Shown: positions 40,287 through 52,267 of the stretch, in pieces
Layout: each line of letters opens with the position of its first letter
Position numbering within the stretch: position 1 is the stretch's first letter
Source of the DNA: Saccostrea echinata
Taxonomy: Eukaryota
Reading direction: 5' to 3'
Assembly (NCBI RefSeq): GCF_033153115.1
Contig: NW_026889774.1
Span: 20,150,001 to 20,214,000 of the forward strand
DNA length: 64,000 bases
Program-made: the position numbers and the translations under genes
Notes under the pieces: generated by a model
Databases searched by the model: none
What the model was told of the DNA's origin: nothing
What the model saw: the letters and a program-made list of their open reading frames with translations, nothing else

Positions 40287-40375
40287 AATCCGTAGAAATA
40301 TGTATATCCCCGTGCACTGTTTGTTTTGAATATTATTTAAAACTAAAGAAAATAAATTCTATTGATTACCCTTAC

Positions 40376-40680
40376 ATTCGAGACGGAAAGAAATAATACA
40401 TAGCTTTGTTTTATTGAAATACTCATGTGTCCAATAACTTTTAACTTGGATTGAAACTCAATATTAAAAGACTTTTCTTATGTACCATTTAAGTATATTC
40501 GTTCATAAAGGTTACTTTATTTAATAAAATGATCTACTTGTCTAGAAAATCAGAGACCATTGAAAAGGCTAGATTAACTCTTGAATATCTGCATAATATT
40601 AAAAGACTTTTCTTAAGTACCATTAAAGGACATTCGTTCATAAAGGTTAGCTTATTAAATAACATGATCTACTTAACTTA
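40376..40680 (-). pseudogene. Orphan dead exon 1 plus duplicated promoter segment of a fourth nAChR-like paralog
   Basis: TTGGACACATGAGTA...CGAAT|GTAAGGGT..ATAGAATTT (40376-40434) aligns to copy-2 exon 1 and its donor. The upstream motif AAAAG(A)CTTTTCTTA..TACCATT.AAG..CATTCGT matches 36495-36535 and occurs twice. Confidence 0.6.
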
Positions 40681-40803
40681 TCCAAAAGTCTACATTATAA
40701 ATATGTGTTTCTGTGATCAATAGCAATTTGAAGAAAAATACACAGATCGTGCTGTTGCTTTCATTTTCTAGACAGAGAAGCTGAACAAGCTTAAAAAACG
40801 GCC

Positions 40804-41160
40804 TTATACAGTTATACTTTTCGATATAGTAATACTTATCGATATATATCCGGTAACTGTTGTGGACACTCTAAAAATGAGGTGATATTCATCTTCAATC
40901 TTGTTAAGAGAACATAATTTCCGTACGCATGCGCACGAAAACCGTCGTTTTATATAACGCAACTGACCCTGTTCTACAGCTAGTCTACGCAAAGATAATT
41001 TCTGTTTCGAGAGGTAGTGAAATACATTTTCCGGCATGCTTTTTTTTGTCGGATATTCATCGTAATCCAAACTAATTGGACAAGTTGTCTCACTTATTAT
41101 TGTCATATTGATGCGGATTGATGAACAAATGTACTTTAATATGGTACTTATGAACAAATC
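40804..41160 (-). mobile_element. 3' remnant of a non-LTR retrotransposon (C-terminal Zn-finger region)
   Basis: LSLRRLAVEQG...KLCSLNKIEDEYHLIF resembles the RLSSHxLxIETGR...CxxCxxxxIEDExH C-terminus of LINE ORF2 proteins. Confidence 0.55.
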
Positions 41161-42658
41161 TACATTTATGGTAATTAAGTGTTCTAATATATAACTTCAA
41201 AGGTTCCTTCTGATTTAATGGATGCTTAACTCGATCAATTAATATCCAAACTGTTTTCTGCCAAAGTTTTACTAATTGAAGCTATGTTGTATCAGTTATT
41301 AATTTATATCATTAAATTGCTTACTTGAGATAAAAATCATGCGATCTCGTAATCCTGCGAAACTCTTCAGAGAATAAGCAAATAAAAGAAAATGATGTGT
41401 GCATTGTTGAGTAAAAAAGCGCTTTAGACTTTATTTAGACAGAATATGATTTGGACTGTTCCAAAATGAAAGGACTTTGAGTATTTACTTTGTGTGTTCT
41501 ATCGTCATTCGATCACTTTATTCCATAGTGCAGCTTGATTGCAAGTTTCTTGCGAGGTTCTTTTCAAATCTATCAGGGATATAGTGACATCAATTTGTTG
41601 AACAAGATGAAGTATTAGTATTTTTGCCTTAAAAATTCCCGATCGATACTGGGGACAAAAAATAGCAAATTGAAAATAATTTTATCATTCATTATGTGTC
41701 TCTATTTTTGAAAGATTTCTTTCAAATCTGCAAGGAGACTTCGGTAGATGAAACTTGAAAATTTAACTTGAAAAGCTCAGGTAGAGAAAAAAAAATCTGA
41801 AGAATTGGTATAAATATTGCTTATTATGTGGCAGTTTCTTTACAATTCAAGAAATATCTTGTCAGTTCTGTTTCTCTGCTAGAGGAAGTGACGTAGCTGT
41901 TTAATTATCTACTTTTTCTGATCTGTAAATCTTCATCTCCTCATGCTTTTCAATAAAGAAGAAAAATTAAAGAAATAGTTTTTTATTTGAATATCACATA
42001 TTTAAAATTTCATAATTTCCAATTAATGCATAACCAATGAAAATTCAACTTAATTGAAACTATAAACAAACTATGCACAAAACTAACCAGAGTAGCTTTC
42101 CTTGTGCGTGTACAAGAAAATGTTTTTGGTCTTGTCATTGTTTCAATTTTGTTTCATGGATCTAAAAAAAGCAAAAAGCAACTTTATCTCAGCTTGAGAG
42201 ACATCAGGCTTGACCTCGATGGTGAAAGAAGCAGAAGAATGGTGTGGAATGCGATATAAAATCACGTAAATTTTTTGCATGGAACCTGGCCTTAGAGCAA
42301 AAAAAAAAGCAAATGATATTAAATACTTGTACCGCCGAATAAAAATTAAAGTAAAGTAACGTGAAGTAGTGGAACGTAGGAATTGGTTGTTGTTATCAAA
42401 CAGTGCAAAAACATTCATATCTTACATGATATTGATATAAACAATGACTTATACATTATTTAATCATACTCTGTTCTTTAGTGATATCATAAACATAAAG
42501 CTTTGTTTCTTTCAGCATTAAATATTCAATGTTTTTCTCTGGTATATATTTACGAATGGATATTGAAATGAATTGATTATAGCTTACATAAGTATTCCAA
42601 ACAACTGGGTATAGAAAAAACTTAGAATGTCTGACGATTTTTAATAAAACGCTAAAAT

Positions 42659-45600
42659 TTAATGTATTAAAAATCCAATTATAAAGACAGATATAAAGAT
42701 AAATTGTTGCAACAGCGTAAAAATAAGGAATACCCGAAAAAATAACTCATCAAGAAACACTGTTATCATAGGCCAAGTGACGTCATTAGTCTGTTCAGGA
42801 TAGGGTGAAACTGGTGTTTTTGACATTGGTACTCTTTCACTCTTAGAGTTCGATTTCGAATTAATTTTGGTTTCTTCCTCTTCGTTTACTACGGAGACTG
42901 TAAGGTCGCGAACTTTACTATCTGATCGCTTATTTTTAACTCCAGCAAATTTTCCTAAAATTCCGTTATATGCATTCAAAAACTTTGGTGAAACCGGGTC
43001 GTCTTCGTTTTTGTGGTGACAACGAAGAACCATGATGGAAAATGCAACAGATAACGTCCCAGCAGCCAACGTGGTTAATAGGTAGATAGCTGAAATAATA
43101 ATATATTTAAAAAATAAGAGCGAGAAAAACTTAATTACTCATGCAATTACTCCGAATATTACGTTTATGTTTAAAAAAGTTTCTGCATTGTGTATCCATA
43201 GACACTGTTAACGTTTTATAGTGGAAAATTCAGGAAATGTTTTTACCTATATGTTTCACCCCCCCCCCCCCCATTTGATTAATTTCAAGAATGTAAATTA
43301 AACAGATTAGTTCCTAAAATACAAATATTCATTAACTGTGTATGTTCACCAGATGACTTACATAATGCAGATGTAGTGAGTGAAGTTGTTGGTAGATTTG
43401 CAGAGACAATGGTTAGATAAACGGCATATGCTAATAGAACCGTTAGAGAAAATCCCATCCTCTCTCCGCTATCCGGTGGTAACTTAAAAGCCAGAACCAT
43501 AAGAAATGCGATCATCGTACATGGCAAAACAGTGTTAACTACCTGGAAAAGAATTATTTACTTTTATTAATAAAAGTAATTTGATAAAGTAAAATATTTC
43601 CTCTTGAAAATTCTTTGTTTATTTTCATTCAATTTTTTATGGATATGAAATCGAAATACCAGTAATGAACCCAAGCGTTTAACATTTCTCAGAATATTTT
43701 AACATTGAATATATAGACAGTCCAAACTATTACATAAATTTAGATTGGCGCTGATCAGGAGAATTAAACGCCCCGAATTCGAGAAAGTCATGAATATTCT
43801 GGCTACGTAGATAACTTCATGATAGGTGACAGAAGGCAAATGTAATGTAACATCTAATTCCAGTGGCAGAAATTCTCATTTTAAAAATATTGAATTTGAT
43901 AGGTAGGTAAAACCTGAAAAAGTGGTCTTCGTTTGAAGAACATTCTTAGAGTAGCAGTAGGAAACGACGATACACCTCGAACACTCACTCCTGTTTCGAT
44001 GGAATAACCTACAACGAAATAATACGGCTTAGTTCTGCAAAATAGAAATTATAGATGTTGTGAATGTGATAAGAAAGGTTCCTCGAATTTCTCGTTGATT
44101 TTTTACTGAGTATTTGTGATAGATCATCTGCAAGCTCTTTACAAATTATTTTAAAAATACTGTTTCATTGAAATTAACATATGTACATACTCTTATATTC
44201 CCATCCTCCATTTTCGTTGTAAAATGACATATCTAAACCACTATCTGCCCATGACAATTCTATTTCAGCTACGGAATAACCCCACGCTGCAATTACTACG
44301 TCACATTCCTGGGTATCAAAGGGGTAATAGGTTGTATCCGACTCGCAGTGTGTGGTATAAACATCTATTGGGTTGTATACGCAATTTCCATTACTAAGAA
44401 TCCGAATCAGGTTTAAGGAATCTGCGTCCATCATAATTGAAATGGAACTTACTCTGTTGAAATGAACATATTTTTTTCGATTAGTGAAAATGTGGATTCA
44501 AATATTAGCAAGAATCCTACAATAACCTTAATATTTGGTTTTCGATCATGAGCAATTCTCATTCCATTAAAAATACAGATAACTGTGATTTCTGATCTGA
44601 TATAATACAATCAATTTACTTATTTTTTTTAACTTATCAGTGAAAATTTTTGCTTTAAAAAGGTTTTAACAAGACAGCAAAATCTGACGACATATAATCA
44701 TATCCGGTCCCAATTTTTATGCACCAGATGCGCATTTCGACAAATTATGTCTCTTCAGTGATGCTCATTCTGAAACGTTGGAAATCCAAAATATTTTTTT
44801 TAAAAACTTTGAAAGCTGAAAAAAGTTGCCAAAGACTGTAGCCAAGTACGTCGAAGGATCAGAACTATGCATGAGGAAGATAACTCATAATTTTGAAATA
44901 AATTTCTAAATTTTACCCCAGCAATTAATTATACATCCGTATTTTCAAGCTAGTACCGAAGTACTTAGCTACTGGACTGAAGAGACCCTCGGGGACTAAC
45001 AGTCCACCACCAGAGGTCTCGACCCAGGTGTCATAATGTAAATCATATACGGTATCAATTTTGATGCAACAGAAACGCATTTCGACAAATTGTGTCTCTT
45101 TAGTGATGCTCATGCCGAAACGTTAGAAATCCAAATTATTTTTTTTAAATATATTGTAAAGCAGTGACAGTGAATCAAAAAAACATTATGAAAATATAGA
45201 AGACTTAATACAAATCTCGGATGAGATTAGCTCGGCTGGTAATTTGGACGGATGACTTCACCAGATCTCAGACAGTCCTTCATAGTGTCTGGACTTTGGT
45301 CGGTTTAAATATTTTAAAATCTACACCGGTCGGTTCCAGCTTTTTATGTGCACATATAGGTGTAAATGCTGTTCGCTCCAAATTAGTGATTTGAATGTTT
45401 TAACTCCCTCCATATTACTATAAAAATTACATCGCTTACTGTATACATATGTAAATGCAAAAGTAAACACAAACACTAACTTTTCCTTGTAAATGATTTA
45501 TCCCGCAGGGCAATCTTATTTCCGGGAATTGGGCAATTTCTATAGCCTGTTTTTTTTTTTCTAGTAATTCTCCGACATAGGCCTATGTACAGTACATATT

Positions 45601-48600
45601 TATCACACCTATTAAAACAGACTACTGGAATTTTTCAATACCATGAGATAAAGAATCATGTCTTGGAAACTACCAGTTGAACGTAAATCTTGTGTTTGTT
45701 TTTCTTTTAGAATTCACATATTTTGCATTAAACAATGAAGTTTTATCAGTAAAAAGAGATGTTTGTTTGGGTCCCTTCCAGAATTTTTCACTTAAATTAT
45801 GACATTAACAATAAATATCCAGCCTGGCCAAATCTAAGCCGAGATTTATCCTCTCACCACAAAATTTACCCAAGTCTCATTGTTTTTTTTCTGATAAATT
45901 AATATGTATATGGAACGTACGTCATACTATAGACCAAGCGCTAGCTTTCAGTAAGTTCAGTATTGAGTATTCTTAATGATTATATACTAATGTCTCGATG
46001 GATGGTTTTCTTTATTACAAAAATCTCAATCTTAAACAATCATGACATATTTCATCTTATACCTTGAGTGCAGGTAGATTTATACAGAAATATGTCTGCT
46101 TGCTCGTATGAAAGACTTGAGCTTTGATTTTTCTATATATGTATAACTTGATCCTCGATATTCCTCAGACATCAATCTTCGAAAAGGAGCGAAGACCTTT
46201 GTCTGAATAAACTAAGTACCTTTCGCTCTTTGTGTAAAGTTTGGTTGAAAATAACACAGGATTGAGAACACAAATGGAAAATGTTAAAAGTAAGCAACGC
46301 TTGACCTACCGAAAATGAAATATTTGCTTCCATCAGGTTTAAACTTATAACTACACTCACGAATTCTCTAAAACAAGAGTTGGAAACCACGTATAACTCT
46401 GACTGGAAAAGATTGTTGGAATATCACTGCTGTAAGTAGGATTAGTGTCCCATGCTAATCGAGAATCCTGCCACGTCTACAACAAAAGTGTTTATTTAAA
46501 AAAAAAATCTGTAATGTCCAATATTGTTTAATTTAAGGATGCAAATACTATTGGAGGTTCATCCGAATTACATCTATGTAAAAAAAATACAAATTAAGAT
46601 TTTTGTCCTTTTGATAGGAGTACTTAGGTACAGCTACAGGTACAGATATATTTAACTGCACTTTGTATGTGTATTAAGTCATGCCTTATCTAGCTAGGAT
46701 GACTTACCATGCTGAAAAATCCAGCCATGGACATTGCCTGTTCCACAATTTCCTAAAATAGAAGATATATAAATGAATTTTGACAAATCTTTTCTGTCAA
46801 TAATTACAAGGGCATTTTTCAAGAGGGGCTTGGGTATCAAGTGAAAAAAGGTGAAGATAACGAACAGTGATTAACAAGAAGTCTGTGAGCCAATGCTCAC
46901 TAATAATACCCCCGCTCTGATGTGAATATACAAGTTCAGTTATGGGCAGACACAGTGATAATCAGGAAGTGGACATTGGATCTTTACAAAAATGAATCCC
47001 AAAATATGACATCCTTAAACAAAGGGTTTGCTAAAATTTCAAACATCTGTGGCTAGTATTTGCCGAGAAAACTGCGACCAAAATTGGTTATGTATGGTAC
47101 GGACAGACGCATGGATAAACAGGAAGTTGACAACGGATTCGTACAAAAATGAATCCCAACATATGGCATGCCTAAACAAAGAGTGTGCTAAAATTTCATG
47201 CATCTGCGATGAGTAGTTGCTGTGAAAACTGCGACCAAAATTTGTTATGTATGGTACAGACAGACGCCCGGATAAACAGGAAGTTGACATCGGATTCGTA
47301 CAAAAATGAATCCCACCATATGGCATGTCTAAACAAAGAGTGTGCTAAAATTTCAAGCATCTGCGATGAGTAGTTGCTGAGAAAACTGCGACCAAAATTT
47401 GTTATGTATGGTACGGAGAGACGCACGGATAAACAGGAAGTTGACATCGGATTCGTACAAAAATGAATCCCACCATATGGGATGCCTAAACAAAGAGTGT
47501 GCTAAAATTTTAAGCATCTTCGATGAGTAGTTGCTGAGGAAACTGTGACCAAAACTTGTTACGGACAGACACACAGCTAGACAGATGGACAGACAGACAG
47601 ACAGACACACAAGGGTAAAACAGTATACCCCCCTCTCCTTCGGAGCGGGGGTATAATAATAAAAAGCATCCCCTGTCGACCGGTCACACCCACAATAAAC
47701 ATATGTATTAATCAGATAGACGGAATATTAGTAATATTTATTATACTAATGTCAAATTTACTATAAGTGCAAACCCTAACAAAAATATACTATAGTTAAC
47801 TATAGTTTATTATAGTATGCAAGTTTTTACTAAGGTAAATCAAAGTTTAAACTTTAGTTAATCAAAGAATTTTTACCATGGATTTTAGATTTTATATTTT
47901 ATGTTCTGTAATTCATACTTGCATATTTTTATTTGAAATGAAAATATAACTTGTATATTCACATATTATTTACAAATTTTACAACATTGGTGTTGAATTA
48001 CAGAGATTTTAAGCTTTAAAATCTAAAAAAAAACTTCTAAAGTAAAGTTTCATAGTAAATCAAAGTATTTACTATTATATATATAGTTAAATATCGTAAA
48101 CTATAGTTAACTATAATAATTTTTTGTTTGCGAAGGCCTGACAATTAGTATGAAACACGTCAGCCAAAATACAGCCCAATGTAAGGTTAAATTTGTTAAC
48201 AAGGTCATTATAACGACGATAGAATTTACAAAATGCTGACTTTAAATGATGTTGTTGAAATCCCTGTAGCATTAACTTATCTGTCAGTAACCTGCCTTGG
48301 TTTAAACATAGTTAATCAAAGATTACGAAGCTAACCTCGACGAATGTTATCTATAAGTAAGGCAAATCTCACATATAAATTTTTCCTAATTAGTTAACAT
48401 CCCAACATCAATATCCGTGCAAGTTTGGTTTAAGTAAGACTTATAGTTACTGGAAATAAACCTGCTCAAAAAACTGTTAACCTTTTTACTCATCAAGAAA
48501 ATTTTGGTAAGTTCCAACGTCCAAAGCAAGTCTGGAAGTTTTCATCCTTAGATGCACCATCTATGCAAGTTGAATCATAACATAAAATTTGGTCCAGGTA

Positions 48601-51600
48601 GGGCTTATAGTTTCTTGGAAATAGACCTGCTCCAAAAACTTTAAGCCGGTCACTCATCTGGACAATCTAGGTCAGATCCAGCATCCGAAGCAAGTGTGGT
48701 AGTGTCCATCTGTCCATCCCTAGATGCATCGTTCAATCAAATTTGGTCCAGGTAGGGCTTATAGTTACTTGGGAATGGACTTGCACCTAAAACTTTAACC
48801 AGGACGCCGAAGCTAACGCCAACGCCAACACCGGGGGTATAGCACAAGCTCATCTCGACTTCGTCGAGGTGAGCTAAAAATTGATCGAACTCAGAGCATC
48901 CTCTTGATCATGAGTATTGAATAAGTTGGGAGACATAAACACCATATGCAGGTGATAACGGAATATAAATGACGAGGGAAAAGCCGAAGTCATCTTGTTT
49001 GTCATACAATTTAGTTGTTAGAATGCCCTTATCGTCTTTAGTCAGTTAAACATTCAAATATGATACAGATGCGAGAGAATTTGTGGTGTCTTTTATTTCG
49101 AGTTCACTGGGATATATGAAATCGATATATGAATGAAGGTAACAATAGTTAATTGATAAAACGCCATTGATATGTCTGAATATCGAGTTGAAGGCCACAT
49201 CTAGTGTTTTCTTTTTCTCATGTAAAAGCTTTTTAGAAAATAAATTCTGCTTCATAGAATTTAAAAAACAATTCGGCTAATAAAGGCTCCCAATTGGTGC
49301 CCATACATCACCAGATATGAAAATTTCCGAGTTCCATTGTTATTGAAGAAGCAGTTGTCTATGATTATCAAAAAAGCCTAGTCTTTTAATTATCGTCATA
49401 AATGGTTGTATAAAGTGTAGAAAAGTCGTACATTTTTATATTAATGACTTCTGAAAAAAATTGGTGATTCAAAATTTTTAAAAGTTCTTCGAAGCTTTTG
49501 AATCCACATCAGATTTTTGCTGTAGCAAAATACATCTGAGGTTACTCTCTTTACAGCAGTTTATATTTTGTGAGGATTAAAGATAGGGGCTTGGTAGAGC
49601 ATTTGCTGGACCTGACAATGTAGCTTTGTAAATATTTTTATAAAGTTCAGGAATCCAGTACAGGTAGGGTAGATCAAACTCTCCCTGGTTGACTGGAATA
49701 TTTAAAGTATTAGATACTGAACTGCGAATTTGAAGAATTTCATGATAAACAGAAATTAAATTAAGACCATATCATATCATTAATAATTTTTATGACTTAC
49801 CAAATCATTCAAAGTGATAGGGAAAAATCTCAGTTGGACAGGGACTGTACCGTTCGGTCGGCTTAATCTTTGGTAGCTGTTTGTCGTCCATAATTCTGTT
49901 CTCAGCGAATTTTCCAATGAAAAACTATAACCGCCATTTGCTACTTTACATCCTGCCCAAAAAGACAATGTAATGTTTACGAAATAATTAAATCTAAGGA
50001 AACTTGGCAAAAAGTTTCACTCTATATACCTAGTTATTTCCAAATATTTGTTATTTACATTATTTGTATGCTTCTGTTTAAATCACATTATAATTGTTGC
50101 TACGGCTTTCATATTTCGCATGTGTATTCCTTGTGATAAGACCTTCCGTTTGGGTACCAACAACTTTAACCCTTTGACCATGGAGTTTGACCTACTTTTG
50201 AAAAACTTTAACTTTGGTCATAGCTTTTAAACAGTTGGTACTAGGACTTTCATACTTCTCATGTGTATTACTTGTGATACTAGTAAGACTTTTCCTTGCA
50301 TGGGTACAAATATTTTTGACCTTTTGACTTTGACCTTGAAGTTTGACAATTTTTGACAAACTTTAACCTTGGTCATATGTTTGAACAGTTGGAGCTAGGT
50401 CTTTCACATTTCATAGGTGTATTTCTTGCGACAAGGCCTTTCTTTGGGTGCCAATATTTTTGACCGTTTGACCTTCAACTTGGAGTTCGACTTGCATTTG
50501 AAAAACTTTAACCTTCGCCAAGAGCTGCCATCCGGGTGCATCAGTGTTCCAAAAACATATCTTGTTAATCTTGAACTTAGCCCTTAACTCGGGAGACATG
50601 GTTTCTTATGACTTTAAAAAAGTTTTGTTACTAATGAAAATTGTGAGAAAGTGTGCCCGATCCTGCAGAAGTTTTTGGTAAAATTACTATTTGTACAGAC
50701 ATTATATTTTTAATGATATTGCTCTTCATCAAGGCATAAAAAAAGAAATAAATTAATACAATTATATGCTGGCTAAATAAATATCATAAGATATAGAAGA
50801 AAATTTTAAGATTTATAACAATTGCAATTTAGCCTAGTAGATTCAACCAATATTGGACCAAGGCGACATGGATTTAACAATTTCTGGGTGGGAGCTTCAT
50901 TCACACTAGAAAAAAAAATCATTAAAAGCAGTTTGACTAATAGATTTTATAATTTAAGAAGATTTTTACAAGAAAACCATCGGCTTTGACTGTCATATGT
51001 CCAATTTAAGTCCCACCTGAATCTCGAACTCTGAATCCACGTGACATGAATTATCAAAATTGGTATTGTATCTTTTATTCATTATCACGCGTCTCCATAT
51101 GAGTGAAAAATTCTCGAGAGGAACGATAAACAACATAAAAACAAACATTATCACGCACATTGATGAAGGTGATCAGTGGTAGAAAGAATTTTTAACGATG
51201 CATGGAGTTTTCTATATAATTGTATAAAAAATCCCCCCCCCTGCCGCATGGACCCTGACTCTTAGGACAAAAAAATCAGATTTTGTATAAAGCTAGTCGT
51301 ATCTCTTTGGCATCAAATTAAATGACCAGAAGAAGTTATAGATGGTTTACTTAGGTAAATTTCATTGTGATTCACTTAGCCCCACCTACGATTGAACCCG
51401 GGGGACATAATTTTGGTAGAGGGTTAGTTCTTACTGCTCGTTTTTATCACGAAAACAGTTTGCCTGCAAGATATCCATGAGTAAAGGAGATTTTCCAAGA
51501 TAGTTATTCAATAAGTGATCTACTCAATCCCACTGTTGAACCTAAACGGTAGACGCAGGAGTCAATATTTTTTTTTAAAATTAGATTAAGACTGTCTTCT

Positions 51601-52267
51601 TATAATGATGAGAAAATATTTTTTTCTAGATGCCCAAGAATATTATAGAACTTTTTTTTTTCTCAATATTGTACGATTTTTATTTGAAAATAACGATGGT
51701 ACTCAAGGGCAGAGGCCTTGACATTCTTAAATTTCCTTACCCTTTTAACAAATCATTAGGAATTTGTTCATTCATTTTAGAGAAGACTTCATTCATTGTT
51801 TCAAAGTACGGACAATCGACACAGAAGCATACCGCACGACGACGGACGGAAGAAGATAGTCGTACGTCACCAGACTGGCTCAGGTGAAAAAAAAACCATA
51901 AAAGTAATTTCAATGGAAAATCAATTAAGCTTATCTCTTGAGTCTTATTTGTTCATCCATGTACAATATTTTAAGAAAATTGGCAGAGCAGGCATTGCTT
52001 ATTATTAATATGTTAATAATCTATCTACTATTTACTCAGATATTTTAAAAAAATGATTCAGCAGGTATTGTCATATTGTAATTTTGAATTTACTGCCTTT
52101 TCGACAAATTCACAACCCATAACTTTCAATCAATAAAAAATATGTCAAGGGTTAAAAATTAGATGTTCCAACAGTGCAAAAAAAGATAAATATTGAATTA
52201 ATTAATTTAAACAAGTTTACGTACCAGATAAAAATACGAAAACAAAAATCAACAATATGTATCTCAT
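42659..52267 (-). CDS. nAChR-like Cys-loop ligand-gated ion channel subunit (non-alpha, cation-type), copy 3, 441 aa
   Basis: Exons (minus): 52225-52267, 49801-49952, 46708-46752, 46361-46476, 44191-44453, 43914-44008, 43362-43542, 42659-43089; total 1326 nt, all GT-AG, open frame. Signal peptide MRYILLIFVFVFLSG, Cys-loop CESDTTYYPFDTQEC, FKRRP, PPDSGERMGFSLTVLLAYAVYL, M4 preceded by FLDELFF. Confidence 0.92.
44710..45150 (-). mobile_element. Retrozyme-like unit: two ~90-bp hammerhead-containing direct repeats 345 bp apart
   Basis: 44710-44800 matches 45056-45146. The second hammerhead (45066-45109) has CUAAAGA (G5A) and stem I/III mismatches. Confidence 0.75.
44721..44764 (-). ncRNA. Minimal type I hammerhead ribozyme (intact core)
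   Basis: Minus RNA GCAUCA-CUGAAGA-GACA(UAAUU)UGUC-GAAA-UGCGCA-UC^UGGUGC: stem I GCAUCA/UGGUGC, stem II GACA/UGUC, palindromic stem III, AUC cleavage triplet (cut 3' of the C at 44727). Confidence 0.85.
46873..47656 (+). mobile_element. Helentron/DINE-like element with a 157-bp internal tandem array (~4 units)
   Basis: AAATGAATCCC at ~46990, 47147, 47304 and 47461; 5' AACAAG..ATACCCCCGC; (GACA)n; 3' hairpin TATACCCCC..CTCCTTCGGAGCGGGGGTATA. Inserted into a Penelope-like tail fragment. Confidence 0.85.
47774..48131. mobile_element. Second copy of the CCCTAACAAAAA MITE
   Basis: CCCTAACAAAAATATACTATAGTTAACTATAG ... CTATAGTTAACTATAATAATTTTTTGTT. Confidence 0.6.
48370..48880 (+). mobile_element. 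Helentron/DINE-like fragment (third family)
   Basis: Repeated AATTTGGTCCAGGTAGGGCTTATAGTT units; 3' AGCTCATCTCGACTTCGTCGAGGTGAGCTAAAAA hairpin. Confidence 0.6.
48880..49740 (-). mobile_element. Degenerate Penelope-like RT
   Basis: YDFSTLYTTI and FNSIFRHINGVLSIN (decayed RYIDD) ...IYPSELEIKDTT motifs. Confidence 0.7.
50060..50566 (-). mobile_element. Helentron/DINE-like fragment with diverged internal repeats
   Basis: Three related units (TTTGACC.T.GA.GTTTGAC..TTTTGAAAAACTTTAAC) ending in ..CATATCTTGTT. Confidence 0.5.
51091..51145 (+). mobile_element. Severely 5'-truncated SINE tail with 11-bp TSD
   Basis: CATTATCACGC at 51080-51090 and 51146-51156 flanks GTCTCCATATGAGTGAAAAATTCTCGAG... 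Confidence 0.8.

Noticed and set aside
44975-45006. CTGAAGA on the + strand as a third hammerhead
   Set aside because: No GAAA core after the putative stem II; only a simple GGACTG/CAGTCC hairpin.
46990-47560. CRISPR-like array or repeated ORFs
   Set aside because: Contiguous 157-bp tandem units without unique spacers inside a eukaryotic transposon; the ORFs are repeat artefacts.
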